Made by a program: the position numbers and the translations under genes. A DNA stretch of 47,841 nt from Kiritimatiellales bacterium (GTDB lineage Bacteria > Verrucomicrobiota > Kiritimatiellia > UBA8416 > JAIOPI01), in assembly GCA_945949405.1 (NCBI GenBank), contig CAMFEP010000003.1, positions 1 to 47,841 of the forward strand, written 5' to 3'. The notes under the pieces were generated by a model, which made no database searches, was not told the DNA's origin, and worked only from the letters and a program-made list of their open reading frames with translations. Below are positions 9,736 to 19,498 of the stretch, one piece after another. Each line of letters opens with the position of its first letter. Within the stretch, counting starts at the first letter, position 1.

Positions 9736-9868
9736 AACCGCGAATGAACGCCAATGCACGCGAATTCGGAGTCAAACAAAAGGCAACGAAGGGAACGAAG
9801 CGTACTTCGTTATCTTCGTTGCCTTCTGTTCCCATCCCATTAGCGTCCATTCGCGTTCATTCGCGGTT
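9736..9868. repeat. 10-mer palindromic element containing a nested 9-mer palindromic element
   Basis: Outer arms 9736-9765 and 9839-9868 (27/30 complementary); inner arms 9775-9800 and 9805-9830 (23/26 complementary). Confidence 0.9.
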
Positions 9869-9879
9869 CGCCCCTCTGC

Positions 9880-10638
9880 CTACCCCTTCGCCGCAATCGC
9901 CTTGAGCACGTCGTCCGACATGTCCATGTTCATGTAGACGTTCTGCACGTCGTCATGCTCTTCGAGGTCGCTCACGAACTTGAGCACCGAACCCGCCACG
10001 CCCGTATCCGTCACCGGCATCGGCGAGAGCGGCAACAGCGTCACTTCCGCACTCAAGGTCGGGATCTTGGCTTTTTCAAGCGCGTCGGTGACCATGTGAA
10101 ACACCGTCGGCGCCGTCAGAATTTCAAACTGGCCGCCGTCGCCGGTCATGTCATCCGCGCCCGCGTCGAGCACGATGCCCATCAATTTGTCTTCATCCAC
10201 GATCGTCGCATCCACAAAAATCTGCCCCTTGCGCTCGAACCCGCGCATGACGGCGCCCGGCGTGGCAATGTTGGCATTATGACGCGTGAAGGTGTGGCGG
10301 ATTTCCGCCGTGGCGCGGTTGCGATTGTCCGTCAGCACCTGGATCACCACCCCGATCCCACCGCTCACATAACCCTCGTACATGACCTCTTCATAAATCA
10401 CGCCCTCGGTTTCGCCCGCGCCCTTTTTGACCGCGCGTTCGATGTTGTCGGACGGCATGTTGTAGCTCTTGGCCTTCTGGATCAGCGTGCGCAAGGCGAC
10501 GTTGGACATCGGGTCGCTGCCGCCGCTCTTGGCTACGATCATCAGCTCCTTGCTCAACTTGCTGAAGATCTTGCCGCGCTTCGCATCTGCGGCACCCTTC
10601 TTGTGCTGAATCGTCTTCCACTTGCTATGACCACTCAT
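9880..10638 (-). CDS. yebC: YebC/PmpR-family protein
   Basis: MSGHSKWKTIQHKKGAADAKRGKIFSKL...NMPSDNIERA...YEGY...TDNRNR...DDVQNVY; canonical position upstream of ruvC. Confidence 0.97.
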   Translation of the reverse strand: MSGHSKWKTIQHKKGAADAKRGKIFSKLSKELMIVAKSGGSDPMSNVALRTLIQKAKSYNMPSDNIERAVKKGAGETEGVIYEEVMYEGYVSGGIGVVIQVLTDNRNRATAEIRHTFTRHNANIATPGAVMRGFERKGQIFVDATIVDEDKLMGIVLDAGADDMTGDGGQFEILTAPTVFHMVTDALEKAKIPTLSAEVTLLPLSPMPVTDTGVAGSVLKFVSDLEEHDDVQNVYMNMDMSDDVLKAIAAKG

Positions 10639-10742
10639 ACCCCGCCTCTCCTTGGAAAAACCTCGTTAGACTGGCCATAATATCCCGTGGCACCCAACTC
10701 GTCATCAGGAAACCACTGCCCCGCGCAATGCTTCTCTTCCTC

Positions 10743-10846
10743 GTAGGGGCCGCGCTCGCGCGTGCCCTGTTTGTTTTGAGGTCTTTGCCTGCCCGCAGCG
10801 CTACGCACGGGCCTCCGCTGTAGCTGGCCTCGTTGAGGCCGGCTAC
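10743..10846 (+). repeat. Two GTAG-type REP-like hairpins
   Basis: gtaggggccgcgctcgcgcgtgccct (10743-10768) and gtagctggcctc-gtt-gaggccggctac (10820-10846). Confidence 0.7.
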
Positions 10847-10988
10847 GGCCCCGCATCCCACAAGTCGACATCCACCCGCCAAGGCCACCTCCTACAGTTG
10901 TCCACCTTCCTCGGGGTCGGAATCGTATATATGCGAAGAAAAATCCTTCGAATCCCCCCTCCGCCAGTCAAGTATCCTATACAAACCA

Positions 10989-11017
10989 TTGCAGTATGCA
11001 GCCAAACAGCCTATAGT
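10989..11017 (+). promoter_or_regulatory. Putative sigma70 promoter of the desaturase gene
   Basis: TTGCAG-N17-TATAGT. Confidence 0.5.
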
Positions 11018-11102
11018 CCCATCACCTTAGTACAAAACCAGACGCCCTGCACAAACCGTCAAACCGACCCGCGCAGGCCGAAAGCCCGTATTGGAGCATT
11101 TT

Positions 11103-12155
11103 ATGGAAACAGCACCCACAGCCTCCGCGGCCACCCAGGAACCAGCCCCCACGAACCGCTGGTGGTGGCGCTCAATCGTCGAACGCTACGAAAAGCCCTC
11201 GTCTTTGCGCAGCCTCTGGCAGATCACGAATTCAATGGGCCCCTACCTGATCCTCTGGGGCCTCATGATCTGGGCCCTACAATCGCACCACTACTGGCTG
11301 ACCCTCCTCATGGCCCCCCTCGCCGCCGGCTTCCTCGTGCGCATCTTTATCATCTCCCACGATTGCGGCCACGGCGCCATGTTCAAAAGCCCTCGCGTCA
11401 ATCGCTTCTGGGGCGTGATCGCCTCCCTGCTCTGCGCCACCCCCTACCATTTTTGGTTGAGTGAACACGGCCGCCATCACGGCGCCTCCGGCAACCTCGA
11501 CCGCCGCGGCGTGGGAGACATCTGGACCCTGACCGTCCAGGAATACCTCGCCAGTTCCCGGTTGCGTCGCATCTGGTACCGCATCTACCGCAATCCCTTC
11601 ATGATGTTCGGCCCCGGGGCCTTCGGCATCATGGCCCTGCGCTACCGCATTCCCAAGGGCGCCCGCAACAAGAAGGAACGCTTGAGCGTCCTCTGGACGA
11701 ACGTCGGCTTGCTCGGAATCATGCTGGGCATGACCCACTGGATCGGCCTCAAGGAATTTTTGATGATCATCGTCCCCATCCTCTCCGTGAGCAGCGCCAC
11801 CGGCGTCTGGCTCTTCTATGTGCAACACCAGTACGAGGGCGTGCGCTGGGATCGCAATGAAAACTGGGATTTCCTGACCCAGGCGATCGAGAGCAGTTCC
11901 TACTATCGCCTGCCGCGCGTGCTGCAGTGGTTCACCGGTAACATCGGCTACCACCATGTGCACCACTTGAGCCACCGCATCCCCAACTACAACCTCGAAA
12001 AGTGCCACCGCGAAAATGAAATCTTCAGCCGCGCACGCCAGATCACCCTCTGGTCCAGCTTAAAGTCCCTCACGCTCCGCCTGTGGGACGAAGAACAGCG
12101 CAAACTCGTCGGCTACCGCGCCCTGCGCATGGCCCGCCGCAGTTCCGCCACATAA
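11103..12155 (+). CDS. Membrane fatty acid desaturase (DesA/Des-like)
   Basis: Three His boxes HDCGH, HGRHH and HHVHH, plus GDIWTLTV.EY and IPNYNL. Confidence 0.93.
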   Translation: METAPTASAATQEPAPTNRWWWRSIVERYEKPSSLRSLWQITNSMGPYLILWGLMIWALQSHHYWLTLLMAPLAAGFLVRIFIISHDCGHGAMFKSPRVNRFWGVIASLLCATPYHFWLSEHGRHHGASGNLDRRGVGDIWTLTVQEYLASSRLRRIWYRIYRNPFMMFGPGAFGIMALRYRIPKGARNKKERLSVLWTNVGLLGIMLGMTHWIGLKEFLMIIVPILSVSSATGVWLFYVQHQYEGVRWDRNENWDFLTQAIESSSYYRLPRVLQWFTGNIGYHHVHHLSHRIPNYNLEKCHRENEIFSRARQITLWSSLKSLTLRLWDEEQRKLVGYRALRMARRSSAT

Positions 12156-12371
12156 TTTTCATTTGCACTGGAGGGCGAGGCTGCGCCGAGCCGTTCCCAT
12201 CCCGCCCTTTCGTCCTCCTTGCCCGTTGGCCGGTGCCGTTCTCGCGCCTATGGGCTTGCCCGCCGTAGGTGGGGTGGCGCAACGCCAGCCCATCCAGCGC
12301 CGTCATGGCGTCGGCCAACAGCACCACTCCAACTCTTGCCAATCCGCCCCCCTTTCCCTACCCTTGCCCCC

Positions 12372-14198
12372 ATGACGTATTCCCCTCATCAATCGGCAAT
12401 CGGCAATCGTAAATCGGCAATCTCCCTCCTCCTCCTCTCCCTCCTGGCCCTCGCCCCCCTCGGCACACCCCTGCCCGCCCACGCCCAGGACACGCCCGCC
12501 ATTGCCGCCACCAACGCCCTGACTAAAACCGAGCAGCGCGAACTCGAACGCAAACGCCGCCAGGCCGAGATCGCGCGCCTCGAAGCCGAACAATCCCAGC
12601 GCCGCGGCGAAATCTCCGAACGCGAAGCGCGCCTCGCGGAACAGCGCTCCGGCAACGCCACGTCCCGCCTGCGCGAACTCCTCGGCGCCATCGACGAGAA
12701 CGACCCGCGCCCCATGGAGGAAATCGCCCGCCTGCGCACCGCTGCCGAAAACCTGCGCGAGGAACGCACACGCCCCGAAAAACGCCTGGAACTCCTGCAC
12801 AAGCGCGGCGAAGCCCCGGATCGCGAACAGGTGGAACTCACCGAGCGCCTCGTCAACCTGAATGAAAACATCCAGCTCCACCGCCTGCTCATCAACCGCT
12901 GGATCGCACGCAGCACCCTCGGCATGGAAGCCGATCGCCTCGATAAGGTGATCACCGGCCTGCCCGTCAACCCCCGCCCCAGCGTGCGCCTGCTCGCGGA
13001 AAAACGCCGCAACGGGAATGCGGAACACACGCGCCTGACCGAACTGGATGCCAACATGGCCGAGTTGGCCGCCGTGCGCAGCGACATCGCCCCCGCCCTC
13101 GAACTTCTCGAAAATAAATCGGCCCAGCTCGCCGAAACCATCCAACTGCTCGGGGATAAATACGACCTCACCCGCACCCGCGAGGTGCGCGACCAGCTGG
13201 ATACGGAAAAAAGCCGCCAGGATCCCTATGCCGAACGCCTGGAAATCTTAAAGAACCAGGTCGGCGCCATCGACGAAACCCTCGCCGAAAACACCCGCCT
13301 GTGCGACCTGTACCGCACCGCCTTGGTCGTGCTCGACGAGGACCTCGACGCCATCGTACACGACTATTGGCGCAGCGTCCTGGTGCCTCTCGCCTCAATT
13401 GCCGTTCTCTTCACCTGCTATTTCATCATCAGCCGCCTCTTCCTCCCGCGCGTCTATAAACGCGACCGCCTTTTCGTCGCGCGCCGGGTGGGTCTGTATG
13501 TCTCGATCATGCTGATGATCGGCGTGATCCTCGGCTTCTTCTTCGACGACCTGCGCCCCTTCGCCACCACCCTCGGCATCGCCGGCGCCGCCGTCGTCAT
13601 CGCCCTCCAGGACCTCTGCTCATCCTTCGCCGGCTGGTTCGTGATCATCGCCAGCCGAAAAATTCACGTCGGCGACCGCATCGAAGTGGATGGCAAGATC
13701 GGCGACGTTCTCGACCTGCAATTGCTGCGCACCACGGTCCTGGAATTGCGCAGCGGGCTGGGCGTCGATGAACCCACCGGCCGCGTGATCGTCATCCCCA
13801 ACAGCTTCATCTTCAAGGGCAGCTTTATCAACTTCAACCACGTCCACCCCTACATCTGGAACAAGATCGACATCACCATCACCTACGAAACGCCCTTCCG
13901 CGACGCCGAGGCGCTGCTGAAACGCATTCTGGAGGAGGAAACCCGCCTGGATTTCGAGGCCGCGCGCGCGGGCGCCGGCAAAATGGAAAAAGCCTATGGC
14001 GTGGCCGATACGGAATACGTCCCAAAAATGTATTCAACGATCGCGGACAACGGCGTGCTCTTCCGCCTGCTCTATGTCGGCCACTACCGCCGCGTGGACG
14101 ACGTCCGCAACCGCCTCAACACCCGCATCCTGCGCGAATTCGACGCCGACAAACGCATGCAACTCGCCTACCCCACCCAGCGTCAGTTGAACGGCTAA
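12372..14198 (+). CDS. MscS-family mechanosensitive channel with a long N-terminal coiled-coil region
   Basis: Signal-like N-terminus, ~300-aa helical region, three TM segments, then GIAGAAVVIALQD...GDRIEVDG..GDV...IPNS...YPT. Confidence 0.9.
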   Translation: MTYSPHQSAIGNRKSAISLLLLSLLALAPLGTPLPAHAQDTPAIAATNALTKTEQRELERKRRQAEIARLEAEQSQRRGEISEREARLAEQRSGNATSRLRELLGAIDENDPRPMEEIARLRTAAENLREERTRPEKRLELLHKRGEAPDREQVELTERLVNLNENIQLHRLLINRWIARSTLGMEADRLDKVITGLPVNPRPSVRLLAEKRRNGNAEHTRLTELDANMAELAAVRSDIAPALELLENKSAQLAETIQLLGDKYDLTRTREVRDQLDTEKSRQDPYAERLEILKNQVGAIDETLAENTRLCDLYRTALVVLDEDLDAIVHDYWRSVLVPLASIAVLFTCYFIISRLFLPRVYKRDRLFVARRVGLYVSIMLMIGVILGFFFDDLRPFATTLGIAGAAVVIALQDLCSSFAGWFVIIASRKIHVGDRIEVDGKIGDVLDLQLLRTTVLELRSGLGVDEPTGRVIVIPNSFIFKGSFINFNHVHPYIWNKIDITITYETPFRDAEALLKRILEEETRLDFEAARAGAGKMEKAYGVADTEYVPKMYSTIADNGVLFRLLYVGHYRRVDDVRNRLNTRILREFDADKRMQLAYPTQRQLNG

Positions 14199-15763
14199 TA
14201 TGCCCCGCCTGTGCCGGTTGTAGTGTCGCGCGTCCCGCGCGAGTCCCGGTAATATAAAACGAGCGCCTCATAGTCCATGGTCCCCGGCGCCACCCCCCAC
14301 GCTTCCGTTTCAAACCGTGCGTGTTGATGAAAGGGCAGCCGGTCCAGGACGTGATAGCGATGCATCGCGGTGAGCCGCCCGGTGCGCTGATCGTCCACAA
14401 TCGATTGCCCGCGTAGGGGGTGCTCAAACACGCTTCGCGAACACCAAGCCAATCCGAAATAATCCTCCGTCCCCGTGCCCTGCCACGCCGGGCCAAGCAC
14501 CGAATCCAGATAGATGCGCTGGTCACCTTCTCCCCACCACTCAGGCGTTCGACTGTCGACCTGAATCACGCACCCCACGATGTGTCCCGCGCCCATCAGT
14601 GTCGCGAGCACAAGCTGATTGGCGCCATCGGTCTGAAGATGGGCATGCACGGACGCCTGCGCGCCAAAACGCATGTCCGTTCCAATGGGCGTGCGGTCGA
14701 CTTCCATGGCATGGCGGATGCGCACACCCCAGTCTGCGCTGTTGCGAATCATAATCCGGGCCTTGCCAAACGGCATCGGCCAGCGCAATTCCACCCGGGC
14801 GTCATGCACGGTGGCCGGAAGCGAACGTACATTTTCCATGACGCGCGAAACCCCCGCGAGCAGGTGCAGGGGCGCATCCAGAGCGGGCGTTGCCGCGCCA
14901 TCCCAGAGCGCCACCACGTGCAAGCCCGCCAATTCCGCCTTGCCGCCCGCTTCCAACACGATTCTCGAAATCGTGCCCGGATTCTCGCTCGTGAAGAGTT
15001 CAGTTTCCGCGCCCGCGGCGATCTCAACCACCTGCGTCGGCGCCCTGGTGCTGCCTTCCGACGTTTCCAGCCATGTGCGCCCCAACGCCTCCAGAACCGC
15101 TCCGCCACGCTGCACGTCGTCCAAGGTAAACGCGTTCAAGATCCCGCCCGGCGGCAGCGTATTCCAGGCAATCTGATAATACAGCTCCGCCAGATCTTTT
15201 TTGTGAGGCACACGCACCACCACCCGGCAGAAATTCGTATGCACGATCGGAAAATGCAGATTGTAGCCGTTGGCGGTCAGCCCGGCGAAGGGCCCTTGCT
15301 TGGGAAGAAAACCGCCAAGCAGGAAATCCGTGAACGGCATCTCCAGCACCGGCGCGTCGTTGCGATCAATGAAGAGGCGGATGGACCCCACCGGATTGGC
15401 TGACCACATCCACGTCAACATGCCCGGGCCGCGCATCTCCGCCAATGTCGCATCCACAAAACCATCGTGCTCCTCCACACGCTGGAAGAACCCATGATCC
15501 ATGTCGCCAAAAATTTGCGGGGCGAGATTCGCCAGCATCGCCCTGCCCGGAACGGATGCGCTGGAAAACTGGCGCGATCGCGCCCACGCGGGAACAGGCT
15601 CCGCCAGGCTTGCCAGCGTCTGCTCGCGCAAGACCGATGACCACGACACACCGGCGGGCAGCTGATAGACAGGTGCGGGCTTGCGCGCACAGGCCAGCAC
15701 CGCAAGGAGAAATCCCAGGCAGGTCGCAAGCCTGGCCTTACGATTCGGAATCCGCTTCCGCAT
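14195..15763 (-). CDS. DUF2961 (GH172-like) lipoprotein
   Basis: Lipobox LLAVLAC; GPG...WSANP; WWGEGD..IY.D...GTGTEDYFG..W; R.HVLD.LPF. Confidence 0.8.
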   Translation of the reverse strand: MRKRIPNRKARLATCLGFLLAVLACARKPAPVYQLPAGVSWSSVLREQTLASLAEPVPAWARSRQFSSASVPGRAMLANLAPQIFGDMDHGFFQRVEEHDGFVDATLAEMRGPGMLTWMWSANPVGSIRLFIDRNDAPVLEMPFTDFLLGGFLPKQGPFAGLTANGYNLHFPIVHTNFCRVVVRVPHKKDLAELYYQIAWNTLPPGGILNAFTLDDVQRGGAVLEALGRTWLETSEGSTRAPTQVVEIAAGAETELFTSENPGTISRIVLEAGGKAELAGLHVVALWDGAATPALDAPLHLLAGVSRVMENVRSLPATVHDARVELRWPMPFGKARIMIRNSADWGVRIRHAMEVDRTPIGTDMRFGAQASVHAHLQTDGANQLVLATLMGAGHIVGCVIQVDSRTPEWWGEGDQRIYLDSVLGPAWQGTGTEDYFGLAWCSRSVFEHPLRGQSIVDDQRTGRLTAMHRYHVLDRLPFHQHARFETEAWGVAPGTMDYEALVLYYRDSRGTRDTTTGTGGAY

Positions 15764-16559
15764 CGTTTAACTCCTCCGGATCCTCGCTCTCTGCCTCTTC
15801 CCCCTCTGCGTCTCCGCGGGAGCTGTCCAATTCGCGCCCATTCGCGCCCATTCGCGGTTCTTCTGGCTCCATGTCCCGCCTGAACTTCGGATGATTCCCC
15901 GCAATCACAACCGTGATCTCCCCGCGCGCGCCCTGCTCCGTAAACTGCTTCGCCAGATCGCCCAGAAACCCGCGCACCACGCGCTCGAATTTCTTGGTCA
16001 GCTCCAGGCACACCGCCGCTTCACGATCCCCCAGCACCGCATGCGCCGCCGCCAACGTTTTCCCGATCCGATGTGGCGATTCGAAAATCACCAGCGTGTG
16101 CGCCGCCTCGCGCTCTTCCTCGAAAAACCGGCGCAGCACCCCCGGCTTTTTGGGCGGATAGCCCTTGAAGGTGTAGCTAGACGTGGATAGCCCCGAACTG
16201 ACCAGCGCCACCGTCACCGCCGAGGGCCCGGGGATCACCACCACCTCCAACCCGCGCCGCGTCGCCTCGCGCACCAGCCGGTAACCCGGATCGCTCACCC
16301 CCGGATACCCGCCGTCCGTACACAACGCCACGGTCTTGCCCGCCGCCAGATCCGCCAGCAGCCGCTCGCCCGCGCGCTCCTCAATCCCTTCGCGATACGA
16401 AACCAGCTCCGGCGGCCGCGTGATGTTGCTCGCCGTCAGCAAAATGCGCGTGCGCCGCGTGTCTTCACACGCAATCACCTGCGCCTCGGACAAAACCCGC
16501 CGCGCGCGCGGACTCAAGTCCTCCAGATTCCCAATCGGTGTGGCCACGATGTACAACAT
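15738..16559 (-). CDS. rsmI: 16S rRNA (C1402-2'-O)-methyltransferase RsmI
   Basis: MLYIVATPIGNLEDLSPRA...CEDTRRT...GYPGVSDPG...IPGPSA...FESPHR...ELTKKFE...RGEITVVI; start ATG 16559. Confidence 0.96.
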   Translation of the reverse strand: MLYIVATPIGNLEDLSPRARRVLSEAQVIACEDTRRTRILLTASNITRPPELVSYREGIEERAGERLLADLAAGKTVALCTDGGYPGVSDPGYRLVREATRRGLEVVVIPGPSAVTVALVSSGLSTSSYTFKGYPPKKPGVLRRFFEEEREAAHTLVIFESPHRIGKTLAAAHAVLGDREAAVCLELTKKFERVVRGFLGDLAKQFTEQGARGEITVVIAGNHPKFRRDMEPEEPRMGANGRELDSSRGDAEGEEAESEDPEELNDAEADSES

Positions 16560-16572
16560 AAAACTTTCAAAA

Positions 16573-16634
16573 AACCACAAAGACACCAAGAGTTCCTTCG
16601 TGCTCCTCTTCGTGCCCTTCGTGCCTTCGTGGTT
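16573..16634. repeat. Palindromic tandem element (CTTCGTG-based family)
   Basis: aaccacaaagacaccaag...cttcgtgcccttcgtgccttcgtggtt; a solo arm of the same family is at 3519-3548. Confidence 0.8.
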
Positions 16635-16652
16635 GTCCCCTCCGCCTCCCCG

Positions 16653-17768
16653 TCATCGCCCATCCTCCCTCGCCCAACGCGGCATGACCTCCACGATCCG
16701 CGCCCGCAACTCATCCATCCCCGTGCCGTCCCGCGCCGAGATGGCGATGCTGCCCGGAAAATCCACACGCAATGGCGGCAGCGCCTCCGCCGCGCCCGGC
16801 GCGTCGCACTTGTTCCACACCAGCAACCGCGGCACCTCGTGCGCCTTGATCTCACGCAGCGTTTCGTCCACCACGCGCAAATGATCGCGCACGTGCGGGT
16901 GCGCCGCGTCGGACACCACCAGCAGCAAATCCGAAAACACCGCCACCTCCAGCGTCGATCGGAACGACGCCACCAGCCCGTGCGGCAGCTTGCGGATGAA
17001 TCCCACCGTATCCGACAGCATCGCCACACGATCCGGCAGCAGATGCACCAGCCGCGTCTTGGTATCCAGCGTCGCGAAAAGCCGGTCGTCCACGTAGGCA
17101 TCCGCCCCCGTGAAGGCGTTGAGCAAGGTCGACTTGCCCGCGTTCGTGTAGCCCACCAGCGACACCACCGGCCACTGCTTGCGTCCGCGCGTCTGTTGCC
17201 GGCGCAACTGGATCGATTCCAGTTTTTTCTTGAGATCGCGCATGCGCCGCCGCATCGGCTCGTTGCGCAATTGCAGCGGGCTTTCGCCCGGCCCCTTCAT
17301 GCCGATGCCGCCCTTGAATCGTGCCTGTTTTTCCGAGACCGGCAGCCGCGAAACCAAATACTCCAGTTGCGCCAGCTCCACCTGCACCTGCGCCTCGGCC
17401 GATTTCGCGCGCCGCGCAAAAATCTGCAGAATCAGCTCCGTGCGGTCGATCACCTTGATGCCCAGCGCCAGGTCCAGATTGTTGACCTGCATCGGCGAAA
17501 GGTCGTTGTCGAAGATGATCACGTTGGCGTTGGCTTCGCGGCAGGCCATCTGGATATCCTCCAGCTTGCCCTCGCCCACGAGCAGCCCCGGCGCGGGTCG
17601 CGGCCGGCGCTGCGTGACGCACCCGACCACCGCCGCCCCCGCCGTGTCCGCCAGGCGCTCCAGCTCGGCCAGCGAATCCGCCGCCTCCTCGCGGCTCTGC
17701 CGCCCCAGAATCACCTGCACCAGCAGCGCCCGCTCCGCCGCCACACTCGCGGATAATTTCGCTTTCAT
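16653..17768 (-). CDS. hflX: Ribosome-splitting GTPase HflX
   Basis: EL..LADTAG, DRTELILQIFA, GPGE, VGYTNAGKSTL, LFATLD, DTVGFI.KLPH.LVASF.STL, NKCD, ISA. Confidence 0.97.
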   Translation of the reverse strand: MKAKLSASVAAERALLVQVILGRQSREEAADSLAELERLADTAGAAVVGCVTQRRPRPAPGLLVGEGKLEDIQMACREANANVIIFDNDLSPMQVNNLDLALGIKVIDRTELILQIFARRAKSAEAQVQVELAQLEYLVSRLPVSEKQARFKGGIGMKGPGESPLQLRNEPMRRRMRDLKKKLESIQLRRQQTRGRKQWPVVSLVGYTNAGKSTLLNAFTGADAYVDDRLFATLDTKTRLVHLLPDRVAMLSDTVGFIRKLPHGLVASFRSTLEVAVFSDLLLVVSDAAHPHVRDHLRVVDETLREIKAHEVPRLLVWNKCDAPGAAEALPPLRVDFPGSIAISARDGTGMDELRARIVEVMPRWAREDGR

Positions 17769-17815
17769 GTTTTTGCGCCTTCTGCGCCTTTTTGCGGCAA
17801 ATCCAAATCAGCCTC

Positions 17816-18088
17816 CTAATGCTTGTCCCCGCGCTTGGGCCGTTGCTCGCCCAGCACCGAACTCCGCTTGCGCGCCCCGGAATTTTCGCGCCGCAACTCC
17901 TTGCGGGTCTTCACCTGCGGGCGCTTCTGCCAGAGCCGGAATTCCGCCTGCAGCGTCGCGTTGTCGAAGCCCGCACAGCGCCGCCCGGCGCGCCACTGGT
18001 CACGCGGCGTGGCGAAATGCCAGCATCGGTCCCCCAGATTCAGCGGGCAGGCATGGCATTTGCGAACGGGTTTGGCACTTGGGACCAT
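17816..18088 (-). CDS. Small basic hypothetical protein with a Cys cluster
   Basis: 90 aa, CHAC-x7-C-x15-C; fills the gap between co-oriented msrB and hflX. Confidence 0.6.
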   Translation of the reverse strand: MVPSAKPVRKCHACPLNLGDRCWHFATPRDQWRAGRRCAGFDNATLQAEFRLWQKRPQVKTRKELRRENSGARKRSSVLGEQRPKRGDKH

Positions 18089-18166
18089 GCGAGTAAATCA
18101 GTCCGCTTTCTGGCCGAATCGAAGTCGGGGTCGGAATCGGGATCGGAATCGCTTCCGTTTGAGATT

Positions 18167-18787
18167 TCAATGTTCGGATTTCGAATTTTCCGCCGCCCCC
18201 GCCTTGGGCGAGAAGACCAGCACCGCCGAATTCAAGCAGTAGCGCAGGCGCGTCGGCTTGGGCCCGTCGTCGAACACATGCCCCAAATGTGCATCGCAAC
18301 GCGCACACAATATTTCCGTGCGTCGCATGCCATGACTCCTGTCCACATGTTCCGCGATATTTTCTTCGCAAATTGGACGAAAGAAACTGGGCCAGCCCGT
18401 GCCGGAATCAAACTTGGCCGTCGACTCGAACAGCGGAAGGCCGCAACACACGCAACTGTACACGCCGTCCATGTGATTATCGACAAATCGCCCGCAGAAG
18501 GCCGGTTCCGTGCCCTTGCCCCGCGCAATTTTATACTGCTCCGGCGTGAGCAATTTGCGCCAGTCCGCATCCGTCTTGACAACCTTTTGCATGGTTTTGA
18601 CCTCCGTCAGCTTTCCCTGCGCATCCGTTTCACGCACCTGCACAAATTCCGCGGGCGGCGGCGTGGCGACAGGCACGGCCTTGGCCGGCGCCAGTTCCGT
18701 GTCCGGCGCCGCGCGTAACCAAAGTACGCAACTGAGCCCGACAGCCCCAAGAACCAGCGCAAACTTTCCCGCATCACCTCGATTCAT
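18167..18787 (-). CDS. msrB: Methionine sulfoxide reductase MsrB with an N-terminal export/anchor segment
   Basis: LTPEQY...GTEPAF...CVCC..PLF...[11 protein letters not shown]...[25 protein letters not shown]; hydrophobic [16 protein letters not shown] after ATG 18787. Confidence 0.93.
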   Translation of the reverse strand: MNRGDAGKFALVLGAVGLSCVLWLRAAPDTELAPAKAVPVATPPPAEFVQVRETDAQGKLTEVKTMQKVVKTDADWRKLLTPEQYKIARGKGTEPAFCGRFVDNHMDGVYSCVCCGLPLFESTAKFDSGTGWPSFFRPICEENIAEHVDRSHGMRRTEILCARCDAHLGHVFDDGPKPTRLRYCLNSAVLVFSPKAGAAENSKSEH

Positions 18788-18862
18788 GCCCGCAGTATAC
18801 CCGCGGAAGTCATGAAAACCAATCCTTGTTGCCACCCCCGCCTGCGCCCTACCATTCCGCCC

Positions 18863-19486
18863 ATGCGCCACGCAATCCAAACCGCCACGCTGTTCCCACT
18901 CCTGTTGGCGCTCGCGGCCGGGCCCGGCGATGCCGCGGAAAAAACGAATACAGTCGATTCTGTCGGCGGCTCTGGCTACGTCATGAACGGCGCGACTCGC
19001 CCCGAGCTGACCCTGGTCCGCGGTCACAGCTACCTGTTTCAAGCCAGCGCGGCGCCCAGCTTTCATCCGCTCAAATTATCAACCAGTGCCACGGGCGGCG
19101 GCGGAACATCTATTTTCACCAACAAGGTCACCGGCCCACAGCCCTGTTGCGGATCGGGCTGCAGTGCCACCTCGTTCGTGTTCGCACCCGATAGCACCAC
19201 GCCGGATTTGCTCTATTACCAGTGCAATGTGCACCAAAATCTCGGCAACAAAGTCCACATCGTCAACCCGCCCGCCTTTTCCGGCTTCACGGAAACCAAC
19301 GGCCTGATCGGCCTCACCTTCGCCAGCGCCTACAGCACCACCGCCAGCGTGCAGCGTGCCACCGATCTCTTTTCCAACGACTGGCTCACCGTCCAGACCC
19401 TCACCAGCACCCCCGGCAGTATCTCCACCACCATCAGCAACACCTCCGCCACCGAGTTTTACCGCATCCTCACGCCCCTGCCGTGA
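18863..19486 (+). CDS. Secreted cupredoxin-like protein with a Verrucomicrobia-type C-terminal domain
   Basis: Signal peptide; [27 protein letters not shown]; C-terminal VQRATDL...W..V...FYRI domain. Confidence 0.7.
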   Translation: MRHAIQTATLFPLLLALAAGPGDAAEKTNTVDSVGGSGYVMNGATRPELTLVRGHSYLFQASAAPSFHPLKLSTSATGGGGTSIFTNKVTGPQPCCGSGCSATSFVFAPDSTTPDLLYYQCNVHQNLGNKVHIVNPPAFSGFTETNGLIGLTFASAYSTTASVQRATDLFSNDWLTVQTLTSTPGSISTTISNTSATEFYRILTPLP

Positions 19487-19498
19487 GGGGCGTGGCGC

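Noticed and set aside
8394-9779. N-terminal extensions of RuvB and RuvC in the ORF track
   Set aside because: They translate intergenic repeats; downstream ATGs give canonical N-termini.
9123-9868. CRISPR array
   Set aside because: The repeats are short tandem or inverted units without unique, regularly sized spacers, and there are no cas genes.
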